Assembly (NCBI GenBank): GCA_963744145.1
Contig: CAVUSO010000001.1
Coordinates: 5,856,001 to 5,920,000 of the forward strand
DNA length: 64,000 bases
Source: an uncultured cyanobacterium
GTDB taxonomy: Bacteria > Cyanobacteriota > Cyanobacteriia > Cyanobacteriales > CAWUOF01
Direction of reading: 5' to 3'
Shown here: positions 20,305 to 30,443 of the stretch, piece by piece
How positions within the stretch are numbered: position 1 is the first letter of the stretch
How the letters are laid out: each line of letters begins with the position of its first letter
The notes under the pieces: model-generated
Told to the model about the DNA's origin: nothing
Databases searched by the model: none
The model's input: the letters and a program-made list of their open reading frames with translations, nothing else
Program-made: the position numbers and the translations under genes

Positions 20305-21237
20305 TTAATTAAATTTAATTTTTGAAGTTACTTGATCTACGATATAGCGAGGACGTAGTAATAATGCTCCTAGCAAATTAGGTAATAGCCAATGATATTC
20401 ATGTTTAGAAAAATTAGTAACAGCAGCTTTATAGAAAAGATGACTCAGATCTTTTCGTTGTTGATCTAACTTTTTCCACCAAGGTTTTTGAGATTGAATA
20501 ACTAAAAATTCTGACCAAGTTGGTTCTGGTTCTCCTTGACAACGTCTGATCATACATTCTTGAATCCAATTAGTTTGTTGTGTTCCTTGTTTGACATTAG
20601 CTACCGAAGTTGCAGTAGAATGGATTCTATATTTTAACAAAAATTCTGGCTGAACTAAAACTAGATAACCCTGTTCAGCGACTCTATTCCATAAATCTAA
20701 ATCCTCAGCGTAGCTAAAATTTCGATAACCTCCAAGTGCTTGAATTACCGATTTTTTCATAATTACCGCTGGGTGATGAAATCCGATGAGTTGATTGGTA
20801 CGGACATACTCTTCCACCACAGCTTTATTGGTAAATTTTGAGCGAAATTGACCAATAATTTTGCCATTTTCATCAATATTATAAACATAGCTGCTAGCCA
20901 CAGCAAGATCAGGATTTTCGGCAATAAAAGCTAATTGTCTTTCAATTCGATTGGGCATCATTAGATCATCTGCGTCCATCCGGCAAATCCATTCATTTTC
21001 GCTCAATTCTATTCCTTTATTCAAAGTATTAGGTATACCACTATTGGCTTGAGAAATTACCTTGATTCGCGGATCTTTTTCGGCATAAGATTTGATAATG
21101 GCTAGGGTATTGTCCGTGGAACCATCATCAATGATCAGTAATTCAAAATTTGGGTATGTCTGGACTAAGATACTCTCAATGGTTTCTGCAATATAATGAT
21201 CGGCATTGTAAGCTGGTATCAGAATTGATACTTGCAT
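20305..21237 (-). CDS. Glycosyltransferase family 2
   Basis: VSILIPAYN, IDDGSTD, RMDADD, AEDLDLW. Confidence 0.93.
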   Translation of the reverse strand: MQVSILIPAYNADHYIAETIESILVQTYPNFELLIIDDGSTDNTLAIIKSYAEKDPRIKVISQANSGIPNTLNKGIELSENEWICRMDADDLMMPNRIERQLAFIAENPDLAVASSYVYNIDENGKIIGQFRSKFTNKAVVEEYVRTNQLIGFHHPAVIMKKSVIQALGGYRNFSYAEDLDLWNRVAEQGYLVLVQPEFLLKYRIHSTATSVANVKQGTQQTNWIQECMIRRCQGEPEPTWSEFLVIQSQKPWWKKLDQQRKDLSHLFYKAAVTNFSKHEYHWLLPNLLGALLLRPRYIVDQVTSKIKFN

Positions 21238-21282
21238 AAATTTATACTCCTAATTCATTGGCAATATATTAGCTTTTTTTTA

Positions 21283-21396
21283 TCAATAACAGAAGACCGC
21301 AGATGGCTCCGTAAAAGTTTTCTTAGTCATAGTAATAATTAATTTGTCTTCTTTTCTGGAGAGGTTTTTTGGATGAAACTGGTTTACTTTTGCCAT
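21283..21396 (-). CDS. Possible 37-aa small protein
   Basis: MAKVNQFHPKNLSRKEDKLIITMTKKTFTEPSAVFCY*, with TAGGAAAA just upstream. Co-oriented with the operon. Confidence 0.3.
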   Translation of the reverse strand: MAKVNQFHPKNLSRKEDKLIITMTKKTFTEPSAVFCY

Positions 21397-21463
21397 ATAA
21401 TTTTCCTAAATTAAGGGTTGCATGAATGAGGAAAAAACTAGCCCTATTCCATTCAGAACCTTT

Positions 21464-22258
21464 TTAGTCAAATTTCTTTAAGTTAGTAATCTGCAAAAAT
21501 AACAAAATTAAATAAAGTGGATTCAGCAAGACATAGCGTTTCCAGAGACGAAAGGGTTCTTTAGTTAAACGAAAAAACCATTCTAAACCTAAATTTTGCA
21601 TCCAGGGAGGAGCTTGAGCGACATTACCCGCGTGAAAATCAAACGCAGCACCCACACATACTAAAGCACAGTTTAAGCGATCGCGATGTTCAAACGCCCA
21701 TGCTTCTTGACGGGGACAACCCAATCCCACAAAGACGATTCCTGCTCCTGATTGACGAATTTGTTCCACATAATCATCATCTTCCGCTGGAGTTAAGGGA
21801 CGGAATGGGGGAGAAATTACTCCAGCAATTACTAAATTAGGAAATTTCTTTTGTAAGTTTATTTGCAAATTTTCTAACACCGAAGGTTTAGAACCATAAA
21901 GAAATATACTCACATTTTCTGCGGCTGCTTGTTCACAAATATGTAACATTAAGGTCGGACCATATACGCGATCGCGCAGAGGTTCTTCTTCCGGTTTTTT
22001 TAATAAGTTCATTCCCCAACGTACTGGTTGCCCATCAGGGGTAACAATGGTAAATTGTTTGATATAAGTACCATGTCCTTTTGGGTCAAGATAACCAGTC
22101 ATAATCCCATGAACTGGTGTTGCTGCTACTGTACAAGATTGAGAAATACGGGCGCATTTAATAATAAAGTCAGTACAGTCTTTATAGTTAGTTCGACTCA
22201 CACCAATTCCCAGAACATTGGTTTTATGGGGGGGTGTTAATGATAGGGGTAAGTTCAT
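21464..22258 (-). CDS. WecB/TagA/CpsF glycosyltransferase (GT26)
   Basis: PDGQPVRW, RVYGPTL, VGLGCPRQE, VGAAFDF, GLEWFFRL..EP.RLWKRY. Confidence 0.93.
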   Translation of the reverse strand: MNLPLSLTPPHKTNVLGIGVSRTNYKDCTDFIIKCARISQSCTVAATPVHGIMTGYLDPKGHGTYIKQFTIVTPDGQPVRWGMNLLKKPEEEPLRDRVYGPTLMLHICEQAAAENVSIFLYGSKPSVLENLQINLQKKFPNLVIAGVISPPFRPLTPAEDDDYVEQIRQSGAGIVFVGLGCPRQEAWAFEHRDRLNCALVCVGAAFDFHAGNVAQAPPWMQNLGLEWFFRLTKEPFRLWKRYVLLNPLYLILLFLQITNLKKFD

Positions 22259-22330
22259 TTTTGTAATCTTTCTCAATCATCAAAAAATATTTCATCAACA
22301 GAAAAGATGCACCCTGACCAGACCCTAAAC

Positions 22331-23333
22331 TTAACCAAGCAATACTTTCATAGCTACTTTTTTTACAGATTGGAACGTTTTCGGAAAGCGAGTTTCTATG
22401 GATAAAATCGCCTGATTTTTCCAAGTATTTTGGTCTTTAGGACAGTGAACTGATAGGGAATTAATTGATTTTAGATTCAGGGGTTTAATCTTCTTTTGGA
22501 AAGTGAGATAGGGTTTTGATGCAGGAATAAAGTGAGAGGTAAATGAACAACGCGAGAAATTTGGCTGACGAGTTTCTAGACTACCATGAATTGTTTTTGC
22601 TGCCCAAAACAACACATCACCTTTCCGTAAAGCAGGAGCGCGACATTCTAGTCCATAATCTGCAATAACTTTCAAGACCAGCTCTTTATAGCGCTGATGA
22701 TTAAAAGCAATATCAAAATCCCCACCATTTTTCGCCATATCAATTTTATGACTACCGGGATAAATATAGAAACGACCAGCACCTGGTTGAATATCTTCCA
22801 CTGCAATCCAAGCAGTCGGTCATTCTCCCAATTTCGGCTGAATCTAAATAATAAGTATCTTGATGTGCCCAAGTAGCTGGATTACCTTCAAAATACATAC
22901 TTTGCACCAGCACACCATCTTCCCCCAGCAGATTATGCACAGCTTGGTTCATATTGCTATGAGTAATAATTGCCAAACCCGCATTTTTAAATTCAGGTAA
23001 GTTGCGATCGCTCAAATCTTGAATATTCAGGACAGGATTAATCACATATCCCTGGTCAGTGAAAGTATTTTTTTCTGGGTTAGCGGTGGTTTGTCGATAT
23101 ATATAACCTGGATAGGTTTTGACTTCTTGTTCAAATGCTTTTTTAGCGCGATCGCACAGTTCTCCAGGAATCAGATTACGGATCACGACATAACCTTCCT
23201 GATCGTAATAATTGCGAATATCAGCGGGATCTTTTAGGTGTAAATAGGGATCAGCACTATCATCAACCTGTACGGGAATATCGATTTCTTTCCCTTCTGG
23301 AGCAGAAATTGTGAAACTATTACTGGCAATCAT
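22331..23333 (-). pseudogene. Phytanoyl-CoA dioxygenase (PhyH) family Fe(II)/2-oxoglutarate enzyme, +1 frameshift at 22816
   Basis: HQD motif, PGSHK, GDVLFW...IHGS. Removing one A restores MTAAWIAVED. May be a sequencing error. Confidence 0.85.
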
Positions 23334-23368
23334 CTTCCATGTCCTTTTTTTTATTTTAACTGAACTAA

Positions 23369-24607
23369 TTAATTTACCAAACTGGGTTTAGCATTTAGCA
23401 GTTCTGTGTATAGGTTAACCAAAAATTGTCCTTTCCTCTCCCATTCATATATATCTTTTACCCTTTTTTGTCCTCCCCGTCCTAATGTTGCCCGCAGTTG
23501 GGGGTCTTTAGCTAAACGAATCATTGCTTCAGCCATACCTTCTACAGCTTGTTCTGGATTTAACCCAGGTACTTTAATCCCAGTTTCTTCAGTAATCTGG
23601 GCAGCTGGTCCACCCAAATCTAAGCAGATCACTGGACGTCCTGCGGCCATTCCTTCTAAACAAGTACATCCACCTGAATCATGTAAACTAGGATGGACTA
23701 ACACATGACTTTCTGCTAGCCTCAGCAAAGTTTCTTGTCTTGGCAATTTTCCCCAAAATTTAACCTGAGAGGTAATCCCTAATTCTTCAGCAATAGATTT
23801 TAAGTTTTCCAGCTCTGCACCAGAACCAATGACCCAATATTCAGCATCGGTAAGTTTAGCATGACCAAAAGCACGGATCGCTAAATGAAACCCTTTCCAA
23901 TGAATCAATCTACCGATACTGACAAACCGGATCGGGGAATTAGTCGGAGTGCCACATTCTTCTAAACGGGTGATTTCAGCTTGAGATAAACCAGATTCGC
24001 AGAATATTTGGACGTTTTTTGCACCAATTTTTTGGACTCGCTGGGCTGTATCGGTGGTAGTAACATGAGCTAAGATACTGCGCTGGGCTGTGAGACGAGT
24101 GAAAGGATCAAGTTCTCCGATTCTTTGGGCTATATACCTGGCGGCTTCATACACTTTACCGCGAAAGGTAAAATCTCGCCAAAAAGTTAGTGGTGCCTGT
24201 TCTCCACCTCCGACCGGACCCCAGACGAAAGGAACAGGAAGTAAGGAGACAAAGCTAGGAGACCAATATTTGACGTATGTGACATGACGGATTAAATCAA
24301 AGCCTACTGATTGATGGAGCGATCGACCAATAAAATAAGCTTGAATTTGCCATAAAAAGTAGTGCAGTTGCACCCATCCTTGTCTTCCCCGCCAATCTTC
24401 AGTCCAGTTAAATGGATCGAAGTAGAAAAATTGTAAATTGGGAATGGGGTTTTTAGCTAATTCTGCTTCTACAGCAGTGCGAAAAATACTGCGAGTTAAT
24501 ACCCAGGTTTCATAATATTTAGATAGCTCGCGTACTGTATTCCAACCGATTCCTTCTTCCGAGCCACTACCGGGCTCACAAACGTAGCTAGACAGCAATA
24601 TCTTCAT
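23369..24607 (-). CDS. Glycosyltransferase family 4
   Basis: CEPGSGSEEGIGW, IGRLIHWKG, PSLHDSGG..CLEGMAAGRPV. Confidence 0.92.
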   Translation of the reverse strand: MKILLSSYVCEPGSGSEEGIGWNTVRELSKYYETWVLTRSIFRTAVEAELAKNPIPNLQFFYFDPFNWTEDWRGRQGWVQLHYFLWQIQAYFIGRSLHQSVGFDLIRHVTYVKYWSPSFVSLLPVPFVWGPVGGGEQAPLTFWRDFTFRGKVYEAARYIAQRIGELDPFTRLTAQRSILAHVTTTDTAQRVQKIGAKNVQIFCESGLSQAEITRLEECGTPTNSPIRFVSIGRLIHWKGFHLAIRAFGHAKLTDAEYWVIGSGAELENLKSIAEELGITSQVKFWGKLPRQETLLRLAESHVLVHPSLHDSGGCTCLEGMAAGRPVICLDLGGPAAQITEETGIKVPGLNPEQAVEGMAEAMIRLAKDPQLRATLGRGGQKRVKDIYEWERKGQFLVNLYTELLNAKPSLVN

Positions 24608-24642
24608 TATCTCTTGGCTCCCTTTTCTTGAGTAATTCTATC

Positions 24643-25593
24643 TTAATTTAATGGCACATCGACTTTTTTCATTTTGGAAGTTACTTGTCCCCAGACATAG
24701 ACAGGACGCAGTAATAAAGAGCCTACCAAATTTGGCACTAGCCAGTGATATTCGCGTTTGGAAAAATGGGAAACTGCGGCTTTATATAAAATATGACTCC
24801 TATCCTTGCGTTCTTGATTTAATTTTTCCCACCAGGGTCTTTGCGCTTGCATCTCTAAAAATTCTGACCAGGTTGGTTCTGGTTCTCCTTGACGACGTTT
24901 GAGCATACATATTTCAATCCAATTCATTTGTTCTGTCGCTTTTCTAGTTTTGGCGATCGACACTGAACTAGAATGGATGCGATATTTTACTAAATATTCT
25001 GGTTGGACTAAAACTGTATATCCTTGTTCTACAACTCGATTCCATAAATCGCAATCCTGGGCAACTAAAAACTGACCTCGATAACCTCCTACTGCTTGAA
25101 TGATGGATTTTCTCATAATTACTGCGGGATGATGAAAGTTGATCATTTGATTGGTACGGACATATTCATCTACCACCGCTTTAGTAGTGAATTTCGACTG
25201 ATATTGGGCAATAATTCTGCCATGTTCATCGATGTTATAAATAAAGCTACTAGCCACAGCAATATCTGGATGTTCTTGGATAAATGCTAATTGTCTTTCA
25301 ATCCGGTTGGGCATCATTAAATCATCTGCATCCATCCGACAAATCCATTCATTTTCGATCAGTTCAATCCCCCTGTTCAAGGTATTAGATACACCACTAT
25401 TAGCTTGAGAAATTACTTTAATTCGCTGATCTTTTTTGGCGTAGGATTTGGCGATCGCGAGGGTATTGTCCTTTGAACCATCATCAATGATTAGCAATTC
25501 AAAATTTTGGTATGTTTGGGCTAAAATACTGTCGATCGTTTCGGCTAGATAACGTTCAGCATTATAAGCTGGCATCAAAATAGATACTTGCAT
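24643..25593 (-). CDS. Glycosyltransferase family 2 (paralog of 20305 and 45626)
   Basis: VSILMPAYN, IDDGSKD, RMDADD. Confidence 0.93.
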   Translation of the reverse strand: MQVSILMPAYNAERYLAETIDSILAQTYQNFELLIIDDGSKDNTLAIAKSYAKKDQRIKVISQANSGVSNTLNRGIELIENEWICRMDADDLMMPNRIERQLAFIQEHPDIAVASSFIYNIDEHGRIIAQYQSKFTTKAVVDEYVRTNQMINFHHPAVIMRKSIIQAVGGYRGQFLVAQDCDLWNRVVEQGYTVLVQPEYLVKYRIHSSSVSIAKTRKATEQMNWIEICMLKRRQGEPEPTWSEFLEMQAQRPWWEKLNQERKDRSHILYKAAVSHFSKREYHWLVPNLVGSLLLRPVYVWGQVTSKMKKVDVPLN

Positions 25594-25596
25594 AAA

Positions 25597-26781
25597 TTAT
25601 GCTCCTGATTTAAAAGTAAGATGATCATCCTGCACCAGAGTAACAGCGATATCACCAAAAAATTTTGCGACTGCTTGGGGGTTATGCTCTGCGACCAATT
25701 GCTGGGATTTCTCTCCCATGGGGGCGATCGCTTCTGGATGATCAATAAAATAAGCCATTTTTTGAGCTAATTCCTGGGCATTATAGGGATCAAAGATAAA
25801 TCCATTTTCCCCTTCTACCACTAATTCACAAGCTGCTGCCCATTTTGAGCAAAGCACTGGTTTACCAAAAACCATCGCTTCCGGTAAAACCATCCCCCAC
25901 ACATCTTCCAGAGTAGGAAAAACAAAAACATCAGCCTCTTGAAAATAATTCCCTAGTAATCCATAGTCAACAAAACCGATCCATTTGATATAATCTGATA
26001 AATTGCGCTCTTTGACAAATTCTTCTAATTCCTGACGTTGATCCCCTTTTCCTAAAACTAAGATTGTATAATTCTGATATCCCTGTTGACAAAGCAAATC
26101 GCAGGCTGCGAGTAACTCTTTTAATCCCTTGCGCGAAATAATTCTCCCAATAAATAAGAATACCGGACGTTTGAATTCGGTTTCACTGATTTGATGTTTT
26201 TCGAGATTTTTCAAAAGTGAGTTAGCATCTGGCACTAGGTATGGTCTTACCAGAATTTTACTTTCAGGTACACCTAGGATGTCTAAGATATATTTTTTTC
26301 CAGCTTGGCTATTGGCAATAAAAGCATCAGTAAACCTTCCCATGATCCGGCGAAAAAATGAGCGAAATTTTGAGTCGCGGAAATCTGTATTTGGTGAACT
26401 ACCATCATAAATAATTACTACTTTCCACCCCCCGATCGGTTTAACCATTAGCACTAGCAAAGTCCAGATAGAAAAAGCACTGGCAAAAATTAGACTTGGC
26501 TTAAACCTTAGTAAATAAGGAATAATGCTAGGAGAAGCATAAATAAAACCTTGACTATAACCAGTAGCAATTTTATTGGCTTCAATAAAACTTACTTTTC
26601 CGACCAATTGAATAGCTGATGCTCCTGGAGCATTGGGATTAAATCCAGGCCAAATTTTACCAGTATAAAAAATTGTATCAGGAAACAATTTAGTCAGTTC
26701 ATAGACAACGGGTAGCCAATAGGCTCCTAATTCTACCGAGGGAACTATGATGGCCAGCCGGATTTTTTCTGGAGAATTCAT
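25597..26781 (-). CDS. Glycosyltransferase family 4
   Basis: FIGRIISRKG, FPTLEDVWGMVLPEAMVFGKP. Confidence 0.92.
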   Translation of the reverse strand: MNSPEKIRLAIIVPSVELGAYWLPVVYELTKLFPDTIFYTGKIWPGFNPNAPGASAIQLVGKVSFIEANKIATGYSQGFIYASPSIIPYLLRFKPSLIFASAFSIWTLLVLMVKPIGGWKVVIIYDGSSPNTDFRDSKFRSFFRRIMGRFTDAFIANSQAGKKYILDILGVPESKILVRPYLVPDANSLLKNLEKHQISETEFKRPVFLFIGRIISRKGLKELLAACDLLCQQGYQNYTILVLGKGDQRQELEEFVKERNLSDYIKWIGFVDYGLLGNYFQEADVFVFPTLEDVWGMVLPEAMVFGKPVLCSKWAAACELVVEGENGFIFDPYNAQELAQKMAYFIDHPEAIAPMGEKSQQLVAEHNPQAVAKFFGDIAVTLVQDDHLTFKSGA

Positions 26782-26931
26782 TTGCTCGTTACCTACCAAG
26801 ATAGTAGCTGAAATTTTAGTATTTAGTCTAGCTCAATTCACGATGAAGATACATTAAGTATTCCGGTAGAATGATCTGAGATAGATGTTATGCTGGTGAC
26901 AGGTTATTCCCATTCTTGATCTGACCTAAGA

Positions 26932-27796
26932 TTAGCTTTTAAATTTGAGATTGACTAATACTAATCTAAGGTAAGGTAATAACCAATAAAATGGCCATAG
27001 CCAACCAGCATGACGACGGGCGAATACTTGCCATTGTAGAATTGGTAAACCTTTAGGTGAATTTACCTTTTTGAATCGTTCTTTCCAGGTTAAGTTGGGA
27101 TCTTCCCAGCTACTTACTAAACTAGGATTTGCTTCACAGGTTCCGATATAACCTGGCGCAATCCACAGGGAATAACCATGCTGTCTTGCTCTTAAACCGT
27201 AGTCAACATCACCAAAACTATGGATAAAAGTTGCATCGAGATTACCCACTACCTGAGCGATCGAGCCTGGAATTAAAACACAATTACCAGTGATCGTGTC
27301 GCATAGTTTAGGTTCGTTACTAGGTGGTTCATCCAGAAATTTTAGTGGGTGCCACCAAGTTTGGCGGATCATCCCTCCATAAGTAAATTTACCTGTTTGG
27401 GGATCACGAGTAGAGCCAACAATAATACCTGGTGGATGACCTAGTTGGGTTAAATTGGACAAGGTTGTTAATAAGAGATTAACTGCTTCTGGGTAAAGAA
27501 TTGTGTCATCATTTAGCCACAGATAATATTCGTAATCTTGAGGGAGTGCTTCTGAAAAAGCTCTTGCCCATACCTCTGTTCCAAAATAAGTTACCATCCC
27601 CGACCACAATCTTGACTTGTGGATAGTTCTCTCGAACTGCATCCGCAGTCCCATCCGTACTACCATCATCGACTAAATATACGTCAAGTTTTACCTCGGT
27701 GGTCAGGACTTGCTGGAACAGTGCTGCTAAACAAGCTAATGTTTTTGGTTTCCGGTTATGACAGGTGATAAGCACTGCGATCGCATTACGGTTCAT
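26932..27796 (-). pseudogene. Glycosyltransferase family 2, +1 frameshift near 27568
   Basis: IAVLITCHNR, DDGSTDGT and NLFWNRGM in one frame; WLNDD, GNCVLI and GDVDYG in the next. One extra base in a G run. Confidence 0.85.
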
Positions 27797-28037
27797 AAAT
27801 TTAAGTGAAGGTAAATTTTTGTAAACAAAATCAAGTTGAAATGAGTTAATGATCTAATCAATTAGGGCTTGATTTTTCCGGAAAACTTTCTCTGATTGAT
27901 CATTTAATGAGCAAAGATTGATGAAATTAGCAGTTTTTTAACCTCAACCAGCTCATCCCGTTTCGGGTTTTGCTGATTTTTTGATCCGAAGTGATCAATA
28001 TAACTTCTCAAACACCTCCTGAAAAGGTTATAGTGCA

Positions 28038-28089
28038 TTGACAAAACTAGGTGATTTGATTATAATATAATTGGGATATCAGGTGTCAA
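28038..28089. promoter_or_regulatory. Candidate bidirectional sigma70-type promoter
   Basis: Plus strand TTGACA(28038)-N17-TATAAT(28061); minus strand TTGACA(28089)-N16-TATTAT. Lies between divergent glycosyltransferase genes. Confidence 0.65.
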
Positions 28090-28251
28090 TACCTTTAAAG
28101 TTGGATCAGATCAAATATTAGGCGCAAATTTGAGTGAATAAGTAAGTAATTGGGGCGGCTAAAGAGGTTGAGCTGTGCAATTGTCCGAATTTGATGATTT
28201 GACAATATTTGATGGCAAAAATTTAATTACCTTCGCTTTAATTAGAAGAAA

Positions 28252-29185
28252 ATGGAACTCCGATTAACTGTGATTATTCCGGTTTTTAATAATATGCCTT
28301 TTCTCCAGGAGGCGATCGAATCAATTTTAACCCAGACTTACAGAGATTTTCAATTATTAGTGATAAATGATGGTTCTACTGACGATTCTCTAACCTATTT
28401 AAGAACTCTTACTGATCCCCGGATTAAAATTATCAATCAACCAAATTTAGGACTATGTAATTCTTTAAATAATGCAATTTACAACCAAGTAAAAACGGAA
28501 TGGGTAGCACGTTTAGATGCCGATGATATTGCTCTTCCTAATCGATTAGAAGAACAAGTTAATTTTATGATTAAAAATCCTAATTATAGTTGTGTCTTTA
28601 GCCAAATTTATCGGATCGGAGGAAGTGGTAGAGAATTTGGTTATTATCAAATTAACTCGACCGAGTTAATCACAGATTATCACCTAGAAAAATATGGCTC
28701 GATTATTCATAGCACAGGTTTTTTTCAAAGAGAAAAGTTTATCGAAGTTGGTGGATATCGGTCATTTCTATATCCAGTTGATGATTATGATTTATTATTA
28801 AGATTTTCGGAAAAATTCCCAGTAGCAGTTATTAATAAACCACTGGTTAAATATCGGATTCACGGGGAATCAGCTACTTTCAAAGTTTTTTGGAAAATGC
28901 AAACTTATAGTCGATATGTAGTAGAAATGTACCACCGACTGCCAAGCTCAAAAACCAGAAATTCCCCTAGATGAATGGTTAGTTTTAGAGAAAATATCAC
29001 CATTACAACAAGCAATCAGGTCTGGACAGGAACTGGGGCAATTATTTTTCCGAGAAGCAGGAAAGTTAATTGGTGAGAACCAACTAATTAAAGGTGTAAT
29101 TTATTTATTAGCAGCTTTAATTTTAAATCCTAGGTTTGCGAGTAAAAGGTTATTTTCTTTACGAAATCCGACGGTTAAGAGTTGA
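28252..29185 (+). pseudogene. Glycosyltransferase family 2, +1 frameshift at ~28938
   Basis: VIIPVFN, NDGSTD, RLDADD, DDYDL. Removing one A gives MYHRCQAQKPE...LLAALILNP..., like the paralogs' RRCQGEPE, ending at TGA 29183-29185. Confidence 0.85.
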
Positions 29186-30430
29186 GTTTGATAGCACCTC
29201 TTGGTATAATTTACTATAGCTACGCGCTTGCAGTTCCATCGTGAATTTTTGTTCAATTTTTACTCGGGCTTTTTGGGATAGAGAGACAAATCGGTCTGAA
29301 TCTGCTAAAATCCAGGCAATCCCACGCGCTAAATCTTCACTTTCAAAGGGTGTGGCTATATATCCATTTTCATGATGATCAATCATATCGGGAACACCAC
29401 CAATATTAAACCCGACACAGGGAGTACCAGTTCCCATTGCTTCCATCACGGTTAAAGGTCCGACTTCCTGAATTGAAGGTGCGACAAAAACATCAGCAGC
29501 AGCATAGACTAAAGATAAGGAAATATCATCTTTTAAATACCCTAAATAGTGAGTTTTAAAACCGAAATCAGGTGGTTTAGGTGGTGCAGAAGAACCAAAA
29601 ATCAATAATTCAATTTGTTCAGCCCAACCATTTTGACTCAGACTCAAAAATGCGGGTTGAAGATATTGAAATCCTTTCCGACGATCGCTAGTAGCACTCA
29701 TTGCACCAAAAACTACCAGCTTTTTATCTGGAGGTAAATTCAAAATTTCGCGAGCAACGGTCCGATTAATGGGTTTATATTGATGGAGATCAATCCCATT
29801 GGGGATCACCTCAACCCGTCGATTTTTCAACAAAGAACTCGCTTTGACACATTCAGCTAACCAAACACTCGGAGTGACAATAGTGAGATCAATATTTTGC
29901 CAAGCTTTAACTTTACGTTCCCAAATCCATCTTGATAAATCGGAGTCTTTAGCACTATGTAATTGGGGACAACTACCACAGGAATTAGTATAGCGATCGC
30001 ATTCTTGGCTATAATGACATCCACCAGTAAACCCCCACATATCATGGAGAGTCCATACTAAAGGTTGGTTTAACTTCCTCAGAGTTTCTAACTGGATATA
30101 ACCATCACAAAACCAGTGTAGGTTAATCAAATCTGGGGCAATTTTTTTGACTTGGGCACCTAGGTGATCCGGCACCCATTGGCTCGAAAAGATCAAGCGA
30201 TCGCGCTGAGGATATAATAAAGTAGGCACCTTATTTAAAGTGCTGCGTAATTTCCCAATTTCTGCTGTTAACTTGGGGTGAGCTACCATCACATTTGGGT
30301 CATTACTGCGCCGATCTTGGACTAACATTTGGGAAATTAATCCTATCCCCTGTAATCCTTGATGTAGTCGATAAGCTGCCCGAGCAGCACCTCCCTCGGT
30401 GTCGGTGGTATTAACGATTAAAATTTTCAT
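29159..30430 (-). CDS. Glycosyltransferase family 4 (WcaC-like)
   Basis: GGAARAAYRLH, WTLHDMWGFTGGCHY, RKG, EAMGTGTP. Confidence 0.92.
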   Translation of the reverse strand: MKILIVNTTDTEGGAARAAYRLHQGLQGIGLISQMLVQDRRSNDPNVMVAHPKLTAEIGKLRSTLNKVPTLLYPQRDRLIFSSQWVPDHLGAQVKKIAPDLINLHWFCDGYIQLETLRKLNQPLVWTLHDMWGFTGGCHYSQECDRYTNSCGSCPQLHSAKDSDLSRWIWERKVKAWQNIDLTIVTPSVWLAECVKASSLLKNRRVEVIPNGIDLHQYKPINRTVAREILNLPPDKKLVVFGAMSATSDRRKGFQYLQPAFLSLSQNGWAEQIELLIFGSSAPPKPPDFGFKTHYLGYLKDDISLSLVYAAADVFVAPSIQEVGPLTVMEAMGTGTPCVGFNIGGVPDMIDHHENGYIATPFESEDLARGIAWILADSDRFVSLSQKARVKIEQKFTMELQARSYSKLYQEVLSNSTLNRRIS

Positions 30431-30443
30431 AATTGAGCATAAT

